Below are positions 13,117 through 25,852 of a DNA stretch of 64,000 bases, piece by piece. The translations under genes were made by a program, and so were the position numbers. The notes beneath the pieces are model-generated. The model saw nothing but the letters and a program-made list of their open reading frames with translations. It had not been told where the DNA came from and searched no databases. Each line of letters opens with the position of its first letter. Positions within the stretch are counted from its first letter, which is position 1. The DNA is from Antechinus flavipes (lineage: Eukaryota): assembly GCF_016432865.1 (NCBI RefSeq), contig NC_067399.1, forward strand, positions 515,096,001 through 515,160,000, written 5' to 3'.

Positions 13117-13817
13117 GGGGAATAAAGGCAAATCAAATCCAGGTGCTGACTCTTCTCTTTATTTGGGTGCTAGGTCGTTTGAATTAAAGGTTAGAGCACT
13201 ACAGAAAAGGAAGGACCCGCCAACATTGTTGCTACATTCCAGGTTGATCCCTAACACACCCTAGGGTGGGAGGTGGTGAATTGCTATCATTCCTTAAAAG
13301 GCATCTCCAAAACAAGCCTACCATCCCATGACCCCCCAGCCCTACTCACAGCCTTCCGCAGATCTCCTGCGATGTCTTTTACTTCCAGCATCTTCCATGA
13401 ACAATTCCACCAAGGACAAAAACAGATATACACATGTGGACAAATGGAAACACTGGCTGCATACATGAAGTTTGTGAAAGCCTACATGTCTGTTGCCTTC
13501 ACTCTGTGACTGAGACACTACAGAGAGGAAGACACAGGTTGAGTAGGGCTGGAAGAGAGAAGGGCAAGAGGAGGGAAGGATGGCCTGGGGGTGTTGGGAG
13601 GAAAAGGGGCGCATCCCTTTGGGTCAAGAGGTCCTTGGAGACAACGGCTGAGCAGATCACAAGGGGCAGGAACCAGACAAAACAGTTTGGATGAGAGCTT
13701 TCTGTCCCTGCTCTCTGGCACAGCACTTTGGTGCCCAGCCCTGTCTCCTCCTGGCCCCTCTCCTTTCCCCTCCCTCTTCTAACCTGACCCCGCCTCCGGC
13801 TCAGTTCCTCCCTCCCA

Positions 13818-13854
13818 GGGAAGTCCCTACTGGCAAAGCTGCTTTCACTTTCCC
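13818..13854 (+). promoter_or_regulatory. NF-kB site plus ISRE/IRF-E in the PSME1 promoter
   Basis: GGGAAGTCCC at 13818-13827 (kB consensus) and gctttcactttccc at 13841-13854 (GAAAGTGAAAG on the minus strand), ~50-90 nt before the ATG. Confidence 0.75.
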
Positions 13855-13905
13855 TTCCCCCTAGCTCCTGTCTCGCTGCTCGTTCTAGTCCTTAACCCCC
13901 CTGCA

Positions 13906-16900
13906 ATGGCCAACCTCAGTGTTAAACCTGAAGCCCAAGCCAAGGTGAGTTACTATCAAGGGGAAAGGGTGAAGTCATGGGAATGGGGTGAAAGGGAGGA
14001 GTAGTGTTGGGGGACCGTCTATCCAGTTTTATCTCATTCTCCCTTTGCTTCCCCTTGCCCACTCCCCTCCCCCTATCCTGGGCCTCTCAATAAGAAGGGG
14101 CTGAAGAATACTTGAGACTCAGCAGTTGTCTGGAGAGCCAAAGTGCTCTCCCCCCACAAATCTTCAGCATGAAGTGAGGATCAGTAGACTTGTAGGGTCT
14201 AGAGCATCCCCAATGAATGTGAAAGGGTGCTGGGACCTGTAAAAGAACACTAGCAGGTGGTGCTGGGAGGGGGTGGTTAATGTTGGATTTCAGCCATAGG
14301 AAAAGGAGAGGTGAAATGGCTTTGGTTTGATGAGGTGAAATGAAGCAGGGAGAGGAGGAAAAGACGAGTGATGGTTCAGGGCACCTGGCCAGTACATGTG
14401 TGGAGCAAGGAAAGTCTGCATTCGTGTATCTCTTCTGAGCTCAGAATCTTGTTCCACTGGGATCTGTTCCCACCCTTTTCGAGTATCATTGAAAACTGTT
14501 CCCATACCTCCCACAGATGTAGCCCCACTGGAATCAGTTCCCATATCTCCACCAAAACCCAGTCCTACGGCAATTTTTGTTCCATACCTCCCCCACATCT
14601 AAGCTTCCTGGGACCTGTTCCCATGTTTTACCTGAACTCAGCTCCAGTGGGCCCTGTTCCATACCTTTAAATGCAATCTCATTGACATCTGGGTCCAAAA
14701 TGCTAAGGAGATGTGTTTCTCCTTAGATCTCAACCTATTAGTCTTAAATGACAACTTTCTTCTATCTCTATAGGTGGATTTTTTCAGGACGGAGTTATGT
14801 ACTCAGGTAAGACCTCCCTACTTCACACTACCCTCACTGTTCCTGGATCTTTCACCTTAGTTCTAACAAATCCTTACTCTATTCTCAATTGTTACAAACT
14901 TTGGCTTCCTTTTCTTTGGCTGAATATTTGTCCTAATCAGCTGTTGAATCAAATCAATCAATAAGCATGACATCCACTCCTCACTCACCCTTACCTCATA
15001 TACAGGCAGAGATCCTACTTGCAACCTATTTCCCTGCGAAGATTTCAGAGCTGGATGAGTTCTTGAAGGTACTGGGGCTGGGAAGGAGGCAGAGGAAAGG
15101 CCAGGGAAAGGGAGACAATGATCATGGAATAGGAGGAAAATTTGAAAGGAATATTGAGAAAATAATTACTGCTACCTTTTTTCCCCCTGCCATGTTTTAG
15201 GACCCATCTCTGAATGAAGCTGATTTGAGTCTCCTAAAGGCTCCCTTGGACATCCCAGTCCCTGACCCAGCCAAAGAAAAAGAGAAGGAAGAACGTCGGA
15301 AACAAGAAGAGGTAAGGGTAAGGGTGGAAGGGGGTTAGAAACATCTGAGTGTCAGGGGGTTCAGCAACCTTGGACCTTGATTTCTGTGACTTTTCTTCTA
15401 TAGAAGGATGATAAGGATGGAAAGAAAAAAGAGGAAGATGAAGATAAAGGTAATAGGGAATTGGTTGGGGGCCTGGTTTCCTAGTTAATGTATTAGCCCA
15501 TGAGAGCCTCCTCAGAGAGAGCTGCCTTCACTCTCTCAAGTTTTAGGTTTATGGTATATTCCCTAGGTCCTCCTTGTGGGCCTGTAAACTGCAATGAGAA
15601 GATTGTGTCCCTTATATCTCGGTTGAAGCCTGAGATCAAAGATGTGAAAGAACAGCTCAACCTGGTAAGCCCCACCCCTCACCCCCACTCTCTGGCAGGA
15701 CCTGGAGGAGGCCTGCCCTTTAGAGAAACAATTTATCCAGAGCAACTGCCCTTTGCCTTACCAGTTGGTTAGGTATCCTGTCAGTCAGAACACAGTGTCT
15801 TATCAGAGTAGAAAAAGGGAGCTAGGATTGTAGCAAATCATATAACGAGATATGGCTGAGGATTACATAGTAGGGGGTGGGGTGATAAGGGAGGCTGAAG
15901 ATCTGGAAAAGGAAACAGTGTTGGGAAAGAGTTGAATGGTCTCTACCAATTGTTTTTCTCAGGTTTCCATGTGGCTGCAGCTACAAGTGCCCCGTATTGA
16001 GGATGGAAACAACTTTGGAGTAGCTGTCCAGGTGATGACCCTGCCTTACAATGCTCCACCCCAAATTCCTTACTTTGATCTTGCTTTGCAATCATGCTTT
16101 ATTAAATCTTTTTCCTAACTTTCTCTTCTTTAGGAGAAGGTATTTGAGCTGATGACTACACTACGAACTAAGTTGGATGGCTTCCACACCCAGATTTCAA
16201 AGTAAGTGATCTAGTCTCACATGCCCACCTTGCCCATGTCTTTATGATTATTGACTTGAATTTCAGCTCTTGCCCTCAAATCCCACATTTGTTCTATTTT
16301 GGCTTCTTTCTCTTTTTTTTTTTTTTAAACTCTTCCTTGTTTACCCTTCACAAGGAGCATTACTTTCTCAAACACCCCATAATTTTTCTTATTTCTTTCT
16401 AGATACTTCTCTGAAAGGGGTGATGCAGTGGCTAAAGCAGCAAAGCAGCCACATGTGGTGAGTGAGGAAGCAGGTCCAGAGTGGGTATAGAGGTATTATT
16501 CAGGAGGAAGCCCCTAGGATTGACACTGGGAAGAGCAGGAGGGGCATTAGATAAAGCCAGTATGAAGAACTAACTTTGAAGTCTTCACAGGGTGACTACC
16601 GACAGCTGGTTCATGAACTGGATGAAGCACAGTATGGAGAGACAAGACTGATGGTCATGGAGATCCGAAATACTTATGTAAGGAACTAGACTCTGGAATT
16701 TGTTTGGTGGAAGAATAGAGACAAAATAGGGAAGATTGATGTGGAGGCAGACAACAGTAGTTTCAGGACAAATGTTTTATGAGGTGTACCCAGGAAGGCA
16801 TGGGAGAGGAAATGAAAATAAACTCCTAGTTAGATTAGAAAGCCATTAAAAAGCCTCTGCTAAGGGTTCCAAATAACTCCCACCCTCTTCCTCCTTGGAT

Positions 16901-16987
16901 ATGCAGGCTGTATTATATGACATCATCCTGAAGAACTTTGAGAAGATCAAGAAGCCCAGGGGAGACACAAAAGGAATGATCTACTGA
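13906..16987 (+). CDS. PSME1: Proteasome activator PA28-alpha, 249 aa, 11 exons
   Basis: Exons 13906-13944, 14774-14806, 15006-15068, 15201-15311, 15404-15449, 15567-15664, 15963-16031, 16134-16201, 16403-16457, 16591-16677, 16907-16987 (750 nt). KEKE insert, activation-loop region IEDGNNFGVAVQE, C-terminus KGMIY*. AATAAA at 17107-17112. Confidence 0.97.
14447..14665 (+). repeat. Degenerate ~39-bp tandem repeat in PSME1 intron 1
   Basis: Motif (c/t)tgttcccatacctcc recurs at ~14464, 14496, 14535, 14577, 14615 and 14654. Confidence 0.55.
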
Positions 16988-17173
16988 AAAACAGAGCCAG
17001 CCTGCCTGCCTTCTCCATTGCTCCTTAACTAGGATTATCTGTCTTGCCACAGACCAGTTTCCATTTAGAACTACCCTTCTTATCCATACCTTGCCTTCTG
17101 GGCACCAATAAATTTTGTCACATCACTCCCCAGTGTTTTTATTTAAGGTTCTAGCCCAGCCTTGTGGCCCAGT

Positions 17174-18651
17174 TCAGGCACTTCCATTGGCAGCAGCAAC
17201 CCACTGGGAAATTTCAGTATTAAGCTGTTGATTGGTCCAGTCACGCCGGATGTCATCAAGGTGGGCATCAAAGTCAACGAGAAGTCGGTGGGCCCGGTCT
17301 TCCAGTAATGCTCGAAGGAGCTGCCTTGACTCTTCCCAATCCCGCCACATCACCCTGAAGTAATAGCAACCAAAGGAAACATTCAGTTCAGCAGAAGACC
17401 TGGGACAACAGCAGAGTTTAGATTTAGAACATCCCCAGGAGATAGGGTAGGTTCAGGAGCCTAAATTGAAATTATTTACTCTATTATCTTGGGACTCCAG
17501 GAAGAGGGGATTTGGAGGGAAGGAGTCCAGACTCAAAAGCAAAGAATATGGTGAGAAGTGCTGAGGCAAAGGAACAGAAGTTCTCTACTCACAGGTTCTT
17601 GTCTTTGGGGACCCAGCGTCGATCACGAGTCTCCAAGACAATGATAGGGGGCACTCGAGGCTGGGGTACCAGTTTCCGATTATCTAACTGAGAAGTTGAA
17701 GTAAGTATTGTTGAGGATTCCAGGATTTCTTTCTACCTCCTTTTCTCCCCAACTCCCTCAATCCTCAATCTTACCATGATGAGTACTGCACCAGGGAAAA
17801 ATTCAGCAATTCGTCCAGCAATTTTCAGGGCAAGGGGACCAGGGCTAGGAAAAAGACAGGTACAGAGGATCTTGAGCAGCAGAACATTAGATTTGCATGT
17901 CATTTTAGGGCTAACAGGGTGTCGTTCAACCCCTGTAGAGGTAAGGTGAGACTAGCCCACTCAGGGGGAAATTATTGAATGGATTTAACCCTGACAAACG
18001 TTTACCTTAGAGCAGAGCTTCTTAACCTGGGGTCCATGCACCCCCCTGTGAACTTGGAAGGAAAAAAAAATCTTTATTTTCACTAACCTCTACCTGAAAT
18101 TTAACATTTCCTTAAATTATGAAAGCAAAAAGCCATTATTCTGAGAAGGGGTCCCTGACATCAAGAAAAGTTCAGAACCTCCACTTTAGAGCAAAGCCCT
18201 GCCCCCTCTTCCACTGCCAGCTCCCTTGCTCACCTCTGGTCATTCAGCGACGCATTGGCATGGTAGTACCCTGCTACCACCAAACTGCCCTGGGCACCCC
18301 ACACATCTACCTGCCATGAGAAAGAGCCCGTTAGTTCTTTACTGGCAGCGCTGCAATGAACAGCTGCAAAAGGGGACGGGGCCTGCCAGGCCAAGGCCTG
18401 GAGGCAGTGAGTGGGCAGCCCCAAGACGGGGAAAGGAGGGGGTGAACTCGTACCTGGTTAAGGGCAACCTCCAGCATAACGGAGAGGGCCAGGTGGCTGT
18501 GGAAGAGAGGCACACAGTCACTGAGGCACAGGCAGCCCCCGGCCTGGGGCGCCGGAGCCAGCAGCAGCCCGTTGACAGCTGCGTGCGGGTAGCGGGCAGC
18601 GTGGAGGCACATCTTCACGTAGGCCCGGGCCGAGATCTCCACCTCTCCCAT
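17174..18651 (-). CDS. EMC9: ER membrane protein complex subunit 9 (FAM158A), 206 aa, 5 coding exons
   Basis: Minus-strand exons 18651-18454, 18310-18234, 17844-17775, 17687-17593, 17354-17174 (621 nt). MGEVEISARAYVKMCLHAARYPHAAVNG...GYYHAN...DFDAHLDDIRRDWTN. AATAAA (minus) at 17138-17143. Confidence 0.96.
18012..18190. mobile_element. hAT-Charlie-type MITE in an EMC9 intron
   Basis: cagagcttcttaacctggggtccatg ... aagttcagaacctcc; degenerate TIRs. Confidence 0.5.
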
Positions 18652-19400
18652 TGTCCGCGGGCTAGGGCTGGGGTCGAAATGGGGTCTCGGGAAGCAGGAG
18701 TCAGCCCGGCCTCGGCCTGCCTGCCGGCCCCTTCCCTTCCTCCCTTGCCCCGCACGCACGCCGTCGGCCAGGGCCTCGGAGGCTCCCTCCTCCCTCAGCC
18801 ACCCTTCACCCCACCGGTGTCCCGTTAGCGTCACCGCCCGCCCTCCCTACTGGGTCTTGGCCCGGCTCGGCCCGAATCTCCGCCAGGCCCCCTACTTCAG
18901 GTGGAGCTGTCACTCTGATTTCCTCCGTCCCGTCCCGCTCCGCCCCCTCAAGCAGTCCCCAATGACAGCTCCCGAAGCGTAAAACACACTCCTCCCGCCC
19001 CTAAGGGGCAGCAGCTACCGCCCACAGACTACAATCCAGCCCAAACTGAGCTCCAGCTCCTCCCGATTCTCCGACCCCGTGACCTGCTTCTCGGGTCCCG
19101 CCCAACACTGACACATGATTGGTCGAATGGACTTTGATTTGTCCTATCATCGGTCGCATCTTCCTGAACCAAGTTCTGATTGGAAAACTTTTGTCTTCGC
19201 TTTTCCATTGGTCGGCTAACTTACGGGAGCCGCTAGAACAACACGTTTCACTGGAGAGGCGTGATTGATTCTACCTTCTTGAGGTCGAATTAGGCGTTCT
19301 TTTCTGTCAAAGAGCCGAGGCTTCCCTCCAGCCCCAATCGGTGAGAACAATTGGAGATGGGAACCCGGAGCAACCCGGACTCAGCGAAGATAGATCTCGC
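18500..19400 (-). promoter_or_regulatory. CpG-island promoter of EMC9
   Basis: CpG-rich, with several CCAAT/ATTGG boxes (~19118, 19159, 19207, 19334) and GC boxes. Confidence 0.6.
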
Positions 19401-19897
19401 TAACTCACTCTCTCCACGCCCCTTAAAACCACAGGGGCAGCATTGTGACTTAGAATAACCGTCCTAGAAAGCAATTTGAAATTATTCAAATAAAATGACC
19501 AAAATGCCAATAGCATTTGATCCGAAGATTCCACTGCTAAGCTTGTATCCAACGAGTTTATTTATCCTAAAATAAAATAACTACACCAGCACTTTTTTTG
19601 TGGCATAAAACAAACAAACAAAACCAAAGTGGATACCTGTCCAGGGCAGACACTAAATCATTTCCGATCTGGATCCACCTTGTCAGCTTCGTTTTATGTC
19701 TTACCTTTCTCCATTAGATTGTGGACTCCTTGAAGTCAAGGACTTCCTATCCTAAGTGGCTTAGCTCAGTGTCAGACAGAAAGGCACTTACTGTTATGGA
19801 CTGACTAAGGAAAAGGATAAACAAATTGTGGTTCATGAATGTGATGAAATGTTATATTGTAAACGTGTTCCCGCGCGGACACACACACACAGAGGAA

Positions 19898-20360
19898 TGA
19901 TGAAATCTTAACTCCTGCCCCAGTCTCAATATCCTGACTCTCTCTTTAGAACAAAAGGATCTTTTCCTTGCATATCCTACCTGTAATCTATCTAATCAGA
20001 GGGATTTTTCCTCTTGCCCATCGTATCTGAGATTGTCCAAAACCTTTCTGAAATTGCCCAGCTCTATTCTTTCTTACTCTTCCTTCTCTATATAATTCCT
20101 TGCCTTACTCTGCTAGATTGCCTCTCTCCCTTAAGGAGAAGACCGAAATTAACTCCAATAAAAATAAATATTGACCCCAACAAATGCCTATGCTTGATTT
20201 GAGATGGTTTGAAACTGAATTCTTTCAGAATCACATCGTGATACAGGATCTAATACTCTAATATTGTTGGCATATTCCAATATTTCTGACACCCAACATA
20301 AGGCACAGTCTTCAACTCTGACCTTCTTTCTCCAACTCAAAGTAAATTCAGTCCCTTACA
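19898..20360 (+). mobile_element. ERV 5' LTR (class I / ERV1-like), degenerate
   Basis: Starts TG (tgatgaaatcttaact), TATA-like tatataa at ~20090, AATAAA at 20157-20162, ends ...ttaCA followed by a PBS-like tggcaccc. Homologous to 28481-28995. Confidence 0.6.
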
Positions 20361-20670
20361 GTTGGCACCCCAGCAGCTGGCTGAAAGGTTAGGGAGTTCT
20401 TTCCAGGCCCTAGCCACTAAAAAGTTCTTTCTAGATGGGTCACAATCCATATGAGAACCTCTCCTTTCCTCCCCACACATAGTCTATGTGGAGGTGAATG
20501 ATTTAAGGGAGAATATGATTTTCCTGGATTTTTGGCATAGTGGAATAGTTCCCTTCCATATCATGGTACTCACCAATAGACTGCCTTTTACAGAACTGGG
20601 AAATATTTGGTCTACAGGATCTAAAAAAACTGCATCTTAAATTTTTTTTTTGCCATATTTCATGGGCTCA

Positions 20671-21154
20671 GCAGGGTGAATACAGAGAGGACTGGCGAGA
20701 CTTACATGAACTGATGCTGAGTGAAATGAGCAGAACCAGGAGATCATTATATACCTCAACAACGATACTGTTTGAGGACGTATTTTGATGGAAGTGGATC
20801 TCTTCGATAAAGAGAGCCTTAATTGATCAAAGAGGGACAGAAGCAGCTACATCCTAAGAAAGAACACTGGAAATGAATATAAACTGCTTGCATTTTTGTT
20901 TTTCTTCCCGGGTTATTTATACCTTCTGAATTCAATTCTCCCTGTGCAACAAGAGAACTGTTCGGTTCTGCACACGTATATTGTATCCAGGATATACTGT
21001 AACCCATTCAACATGTAAAGGACTCTTGCCATCTGGGGGAGGGGGTGGAGGGAGGGAGGGGAAAAATCGGAACAGAAGTGAATGCAAGGGATAATGCTGT
21101 AAAAAATTACCCTGGCATGCGTTCTATCAATAAAAAGTTATTTTAAAAATATAT
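20671..21154 (+). mobile_element. 5'-truncated L1 inserted into the ERV leader
   Basis: L1 3' end; 16-bp TSD atatttcatgggctca at 20655-20670 and 21155-21170. Confidence 0.9.
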
Positions 21155-21479
21155 ATATTTCATGGGCTCAAAATAACCTAAAGGACTGAGAAAAGCAGTC
21201 TGTTTTGGGATCCCTCAACTATAATACCTTTGTACAACTTGATCTCTTTTGCCCCTATGAAGGAAAATGAATTGTAAAGTCCCATATATTCAGGCTTTCG
21301 TAGCTCTTTTGAGGGGGGGGGGGACTGCATTCTTTGGCAGCAAAGCAGAATGCTTTTGACTGCATTTAAAGTAGGAAGGAGAAAAGTGAAAAAAACAGAC
21401 CTCCTAGACTGTCTGGTCTGTAGCTCCAGAGGCTCCACCTCTTATCCCTAGGAGCAAGTTCTATCAGGAAATCTGTGGA

Positions 21480-22200
21480 CTCCAGCAAACCTCACCCCTA
21501 TGGAGAACCCCAACTCACTTCCTCTTTTCTTCCTCCCCACGATCCTCCAATTCTCAGCTCTTCAAATATGGACCCTTTTCCTTTCCTTCCATCCCACTTT
21601 ACCCCAAAGGAATGACTGCTCTTTTGAAACATTGTCCATTGAGGGAGTTATCAATCGTCTAGGGGGAACTACAAGGGTTTATGTCTCTATATCCTATCTT
21701 TCTTAGGTCAAAGAAAAACTTGGCTGTTACTCTGAGGATCCCATCAAATTCACTGAGAACTTTTAAGCCATAGCTCTCCAATTTGAACTAAGAAGGGGGA
21801 GGATATTGTGATTGTAAAGGAAAAGAACAGAAAACAGCCTCAAATTTTAGCTGCCATGATATCCAATGACAAAGAGTCCTGCCCTCAGAACTGTGCCCTA
21901 TGTATGGCCTAGAGGGACATTGGACCAGAGAAATCAAGCTGCCTCTCCCTAGTGCTTGTCCTAGGACTTGGCCAGGCTCTTGCCTTCTCCCTCCCTATGC
22001 ACAAACTCCGGATAATTATGGACATGGAGGTAAGACAGGAGCCACCTGCTTTCCTAGCACTCCAGCCCCACCCATTGTATCCTACTCCAAATTTCCCAAT
22101 CGTATCTCAGACTCCTGCCTATTCCCTGCAGTGCACATTCTTCTCTCACCTGACTTTGGGGGTGAAGTAGGAGCATCTCCACCCCTGGTTTGCCCTACTC
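21480..22200 (+). mobile_element. ERV1 gag remnant (capsid region and NC zinc knuckle), disrupted
   Basis: GGTTRVYVSISYLS*VKEKLGCYSEDPIKFTENF*AIALQFEL resembles the class-I Gag RVHVPFSLSDL..LG.FS.DP motif; frameshifted CALC-GLEG-HWTRE resembles a CX2CX4HX4C knuckle. Confidence 0.7.
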
Positions 22201-23222
22201 CTACTGCCTTCCCGACATCTACCCGTCCCTACCCTTGCCCTACACGTCCTACTAGCCTTCCCGGCATAATACCCTCTGCCCCTCCCCTATTAGCTCTAGT
22301 ACTGATAACAGTTGTTCCACTCTATAGAAACCCAGATCCTCATCTACCCCACCCCTTTGTTCCTCAGATACTTATATAATTGAATGTAATTGTTCCATAC
22401 CTGATAGGTCAAAGTTATAAAAATGTCAAAGGTAGTAAGAGCAATAGTTTTTATATGCCATCATTTGAAAATGCAATTGGTGTCATCTGAAGTTTATTGT
22501 TGATGCTAATATTGTATTTCTAAATTATATTGTATTTCTAAATCGATACTATGAAATTTGAGAGACAATTGTTAAACAAAAGTTCTGGGTGATTTTTTTT
22601 AAATTAACATATTTATTTTTTCCCTCTCACCTATTTCTCTCAAAGAGATGAAGAAAGGAAGGAAGAAAGACAGGGGAGAGGGAAGGAAGAAAAAAAGAAA
22701 AGAAAAAAGTAAATAAGGAAGAAAAGAAAGAGAATTCTTAAAACAAATATGCATAATTAAGCAAAACAAATTCTCACATTGGTCAGGATGATAAACAAGA
22801 CATATGTTTATCTATTACCTCTCTAGCAGAAGATGATTAATATGTTCCATCATGAATCTTCTCCAACTAAAGACACTGCATAAGTCAGATTTCTTATGTT
22901 TTTCAAGTTGCACATTTTTTTTGCAGTATTTAATTTCTATATAAATTCTTCTCCTGTTTGTGAAGTGATCCAACTATTAACAGAAAAACTTTAGTCAAAA
23001 ATTCACTTTTAATTTGGATGTGTGAATTAGGTTTTTTAAAGTATGTAGAGATGCTTTGGGTTGCTTTTCAGGCATGTGAGGTTCCATCAACTCTAAGCTA
23101 ATGTTAACAATGTTTTGTACATCCTAAACATTGGCAAGAGTATACAATATTGAACTACAACCTTTCCACTGCTAGAACAAAATTTCGAAGATGCAAAAGT
23201 TGCAAAATTGTGAAGGATTTTT

Positions 23223-23514
23223 TTAATTTAAATTTTATTTTATTTAATAATAACTTTGTATTGACAGAATCCATGCCAGGGTAATTTTTTACAACATTAT
23301 CCCTTATATTTCACTCGCTTATGTTTCATTTTTTCCCCTCCCTCCCTCCAACCCCCCCCCAAGATGGCAAGCAGTCCTATATATGTTAAATATGTTGCAG
23401 TATATCCTAGATACAATGCATATTTGCAGAACCGAACAGTTCTCCTGTTGCACAGGGAGAATTGGATTCAGAAGGTATAAATAACTCGGGAAGAGAATCA
23501 AAAATGCAAATAGT
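23223..23514 (-). mobile_element. Truncated L1 3' end, antisense
   Basis: Reverse complement of the L1 3' terminus; 17-bp TSD aattgtgaaggattttt at 23206-23222 and 23515-23531. Confidence 0.9.
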
Positions 23515-24142
23515 AATTGTGAAGGATTTTTACATTGATCTTTTGCTAATGCAATTAGCAGTATGTTTTGCATGTATGATTCAATAGATCCTTGAACCAA
23601 GTTTAAAAAAAAAAGTATATAGAAAGATTGAGCCCAGATATTAGAGTAAAAGCAGAAACTCATACAAGCTCTCCCCCAAATTTTTCCAAATAACTTTAAA
23701 TAATGAATCTAAACAAATTCTAGAGTGTGGAAATCCACCAAAAAATGGCATGAAATAATTTTACAACCCAGGACAACTTGGAAGGTTGCAGGAAAGTTCT
23801 GTCACACCAGGGTGAGAGCTGGGTAGTCCAATTCCAGGCCTAGTCAACATCAGCATTGGCCCCAGAAAACTAGGAGCAGGCCTCAAAAGCCCCCGAATCA
23901 GCAATAGCAGTGGTGGCTTCCCGAGCTCCCAGCCCACAGATGGCAAGTCACAAGGAAATACAGGGGGTCTCTTTGCCAGCACTGAGGCAGGACTCTGCTT
24001 GTCTATACTTAGATGTTGGTTGCAGTCGTGGATGGCAGCTCCAGGTTGAGGAGGAGCATTAGCATACCAGAACTTGCAGGTACAGTGGAGCAGGGACCCT
24101 CCTAGTTCCAAGATAGAAAAGAGTGTTAGAAATAAATCATAG

Positions 24143-24282
24143 CGGGCTGCTAGGTGGCGCAGTGGATAGAGTACCAGCCCTGAAATCAGGAGGACCTGAG
24201 TTCAAATTTGATCTCAGACACTTAACACTTCCTAGCTGTGTGATCTTGGGCAAGTCACTTAACCCCAATTGCCTCAGGAAAA
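24143..24282 (+). mobile_element. WSINE1-type tRNA-derived SINE
   Basis: A box tggcgcagtgg, B box gagttcaaat, CORE-like ctagctgtgtgatcttgggcaagtcacttaacc, A-tail. Confidence 0.85.
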
Positions 24283-24607
24283 AAAATTCACACACCAGAG
24301 TACAGGATAGGAGAGCAGTAAACATACTTCTCCTTAGATCATACAACTTCGGAAGAACTGAAAACTTCGAGGTCCCTAAAAGTATGTCTGAAAATGGCTG
24401 CAACAAAACCCCTGAAACTTGAGACAATGCACCCTCCATCTGGAAGCAGAGACCTACTTTAACAAAGAGTTAAAAGTCAAGTAATAGGCTAGGAAAATGA
24501 GCAAATAAAAAAATTTTGAGCATAAAAAGTTTCTATAGTGACAAGGAAGATCAAAATACATACTCAGAAGATAACAAAGTCCAAAGCTTCCAAGAAAATA
24601 TGAATTG

Positions 24608-25229
24608 TTCTGTAGAGCAATTTGTAACTGTGCCCAAAGGGCTATAAAACTCAGCAGGGGTATTACTGGATCTGTATCTCAAGGAAATCATAAAGGAGGG
24701 AAAAGGACCCACGTGTGCTAAAATGTTTGTGGCAGCTCTTTTTGTGTTAACAAAAATTAATTGGAAAATGAGCAGATGCCCATCAATTTGGGAATGGGTG
24801 AATAAGTTAAAGCATATGTAAGTAATGGAATATTATTATTCTATAAAAAATGATGAGCAAGCTGATTTTAGAAAGGCCTAGAAAAGTTTATACAAACTGA
24901 TGCTGAGCCAAACAAATAGAATCAGGAATACATTATACACAGTAACAGCAAGATTGTGTGATGATCAACTATGAAAGATTTAATTCTTCTCAGTAATTCA
25001 ATGACCCAAGGCAATCCCAATAAACTTTGGATAAAAAACACCACTGGCATTCAGAAAGAGAACTCTGAAGATTAAATGTAAATCAACTCATGCTATGTTC
25101 ATTTTTTTTCTTGTAGTTTTTCCCTTTTATTCTAAATTTTCACTTTTGACATTATTCATAAAGAAATGTATATTTTAAAAGTTAATATATGTGTATAACC
25201 AGAAAAAAATTAATTTAATTAAAAAAAGA
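24608..25229 (+). mobile_element. L1 3' fragment nested in L1 ORF1
   Basis: ORF2 C-terminus and 3'UTR; TSD aaaatatgaattg at 24595-24607 and 25230-25242. Confidence 0.8.
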
Positions 25230-25669
25230 AAAATATGAATTGGTTTTAAGCCATGGAAGAGTTCAAAAAGGACTTTAAAAATCAAGTGAGAGGTACAAGA
25301 AAAATTGGGAAGAGAAATGAGACTGATGAAAGAAAATCATGAAAAACAAGTCAACATCTTGGTAAAGGAAACACACAAAATAATACTAAAGAAAATAACA
25401 ACTTAAAAAAAAACAGATCATGCCAAATGGCAAAAACAGTACAAAAAGCCAATGAGGAAAAAGCATGCCCTTAAAAGAATTGGTCAAAATGGGTTGAAGG
25501 GGGAAAAAAATCCATTGAAGAAAATCAATGCTTTAAAAATAGAATTTAATAAATGGAAAGGGAGATATAAAAGCTCACTAAAAAAAAGAATCCCTTAAAA
25601 ATTAGAATTGAGCAAATGGAAGTTAATGACTTTTTGAGAAATCAAGAAACATTAAAACATTAAGCCAAA

Positions 25670-25852
25670 CAATGAAATATGGACTTTTGAACATGTCCGA
25701 TATGAGGGATTGTTTTGCCTTAAAACTATGTGCTTTTGCTACTAGGGTTTTTCTTTAGCTTTTCTCTGTTTTTCTTTGTAAAAATGAGAAGTTGGGAAAG
25801 GGAAAAATAAATTCCTCTTAATTAAAAAAATAAAATGTTAAATTAAAAAAAA
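25670..25852 (+). mobile_element. Second short poly(A)-tailed retroelement 3' end (probably L1) nested in L1 ORF1
   Basis: A-rich tail; TSD attaagccaaa at 25659-25669 and 25853-25863. Confidence 0.65.

Noticed and set aside
12199-13131. 310-aa minus-strand ORF
   Set aside because: Antisense shadow of GC-rich FITM1 exon 2; no recognisable domain or splice structure.
24143-24282. tRNA-like A/B boxes (also at 28805, 55957, 58054)
   Set aside because: They continue into a CORE-SINE body with an A-tail and usually TSDs, so they are SINEs, not tRNA genes.
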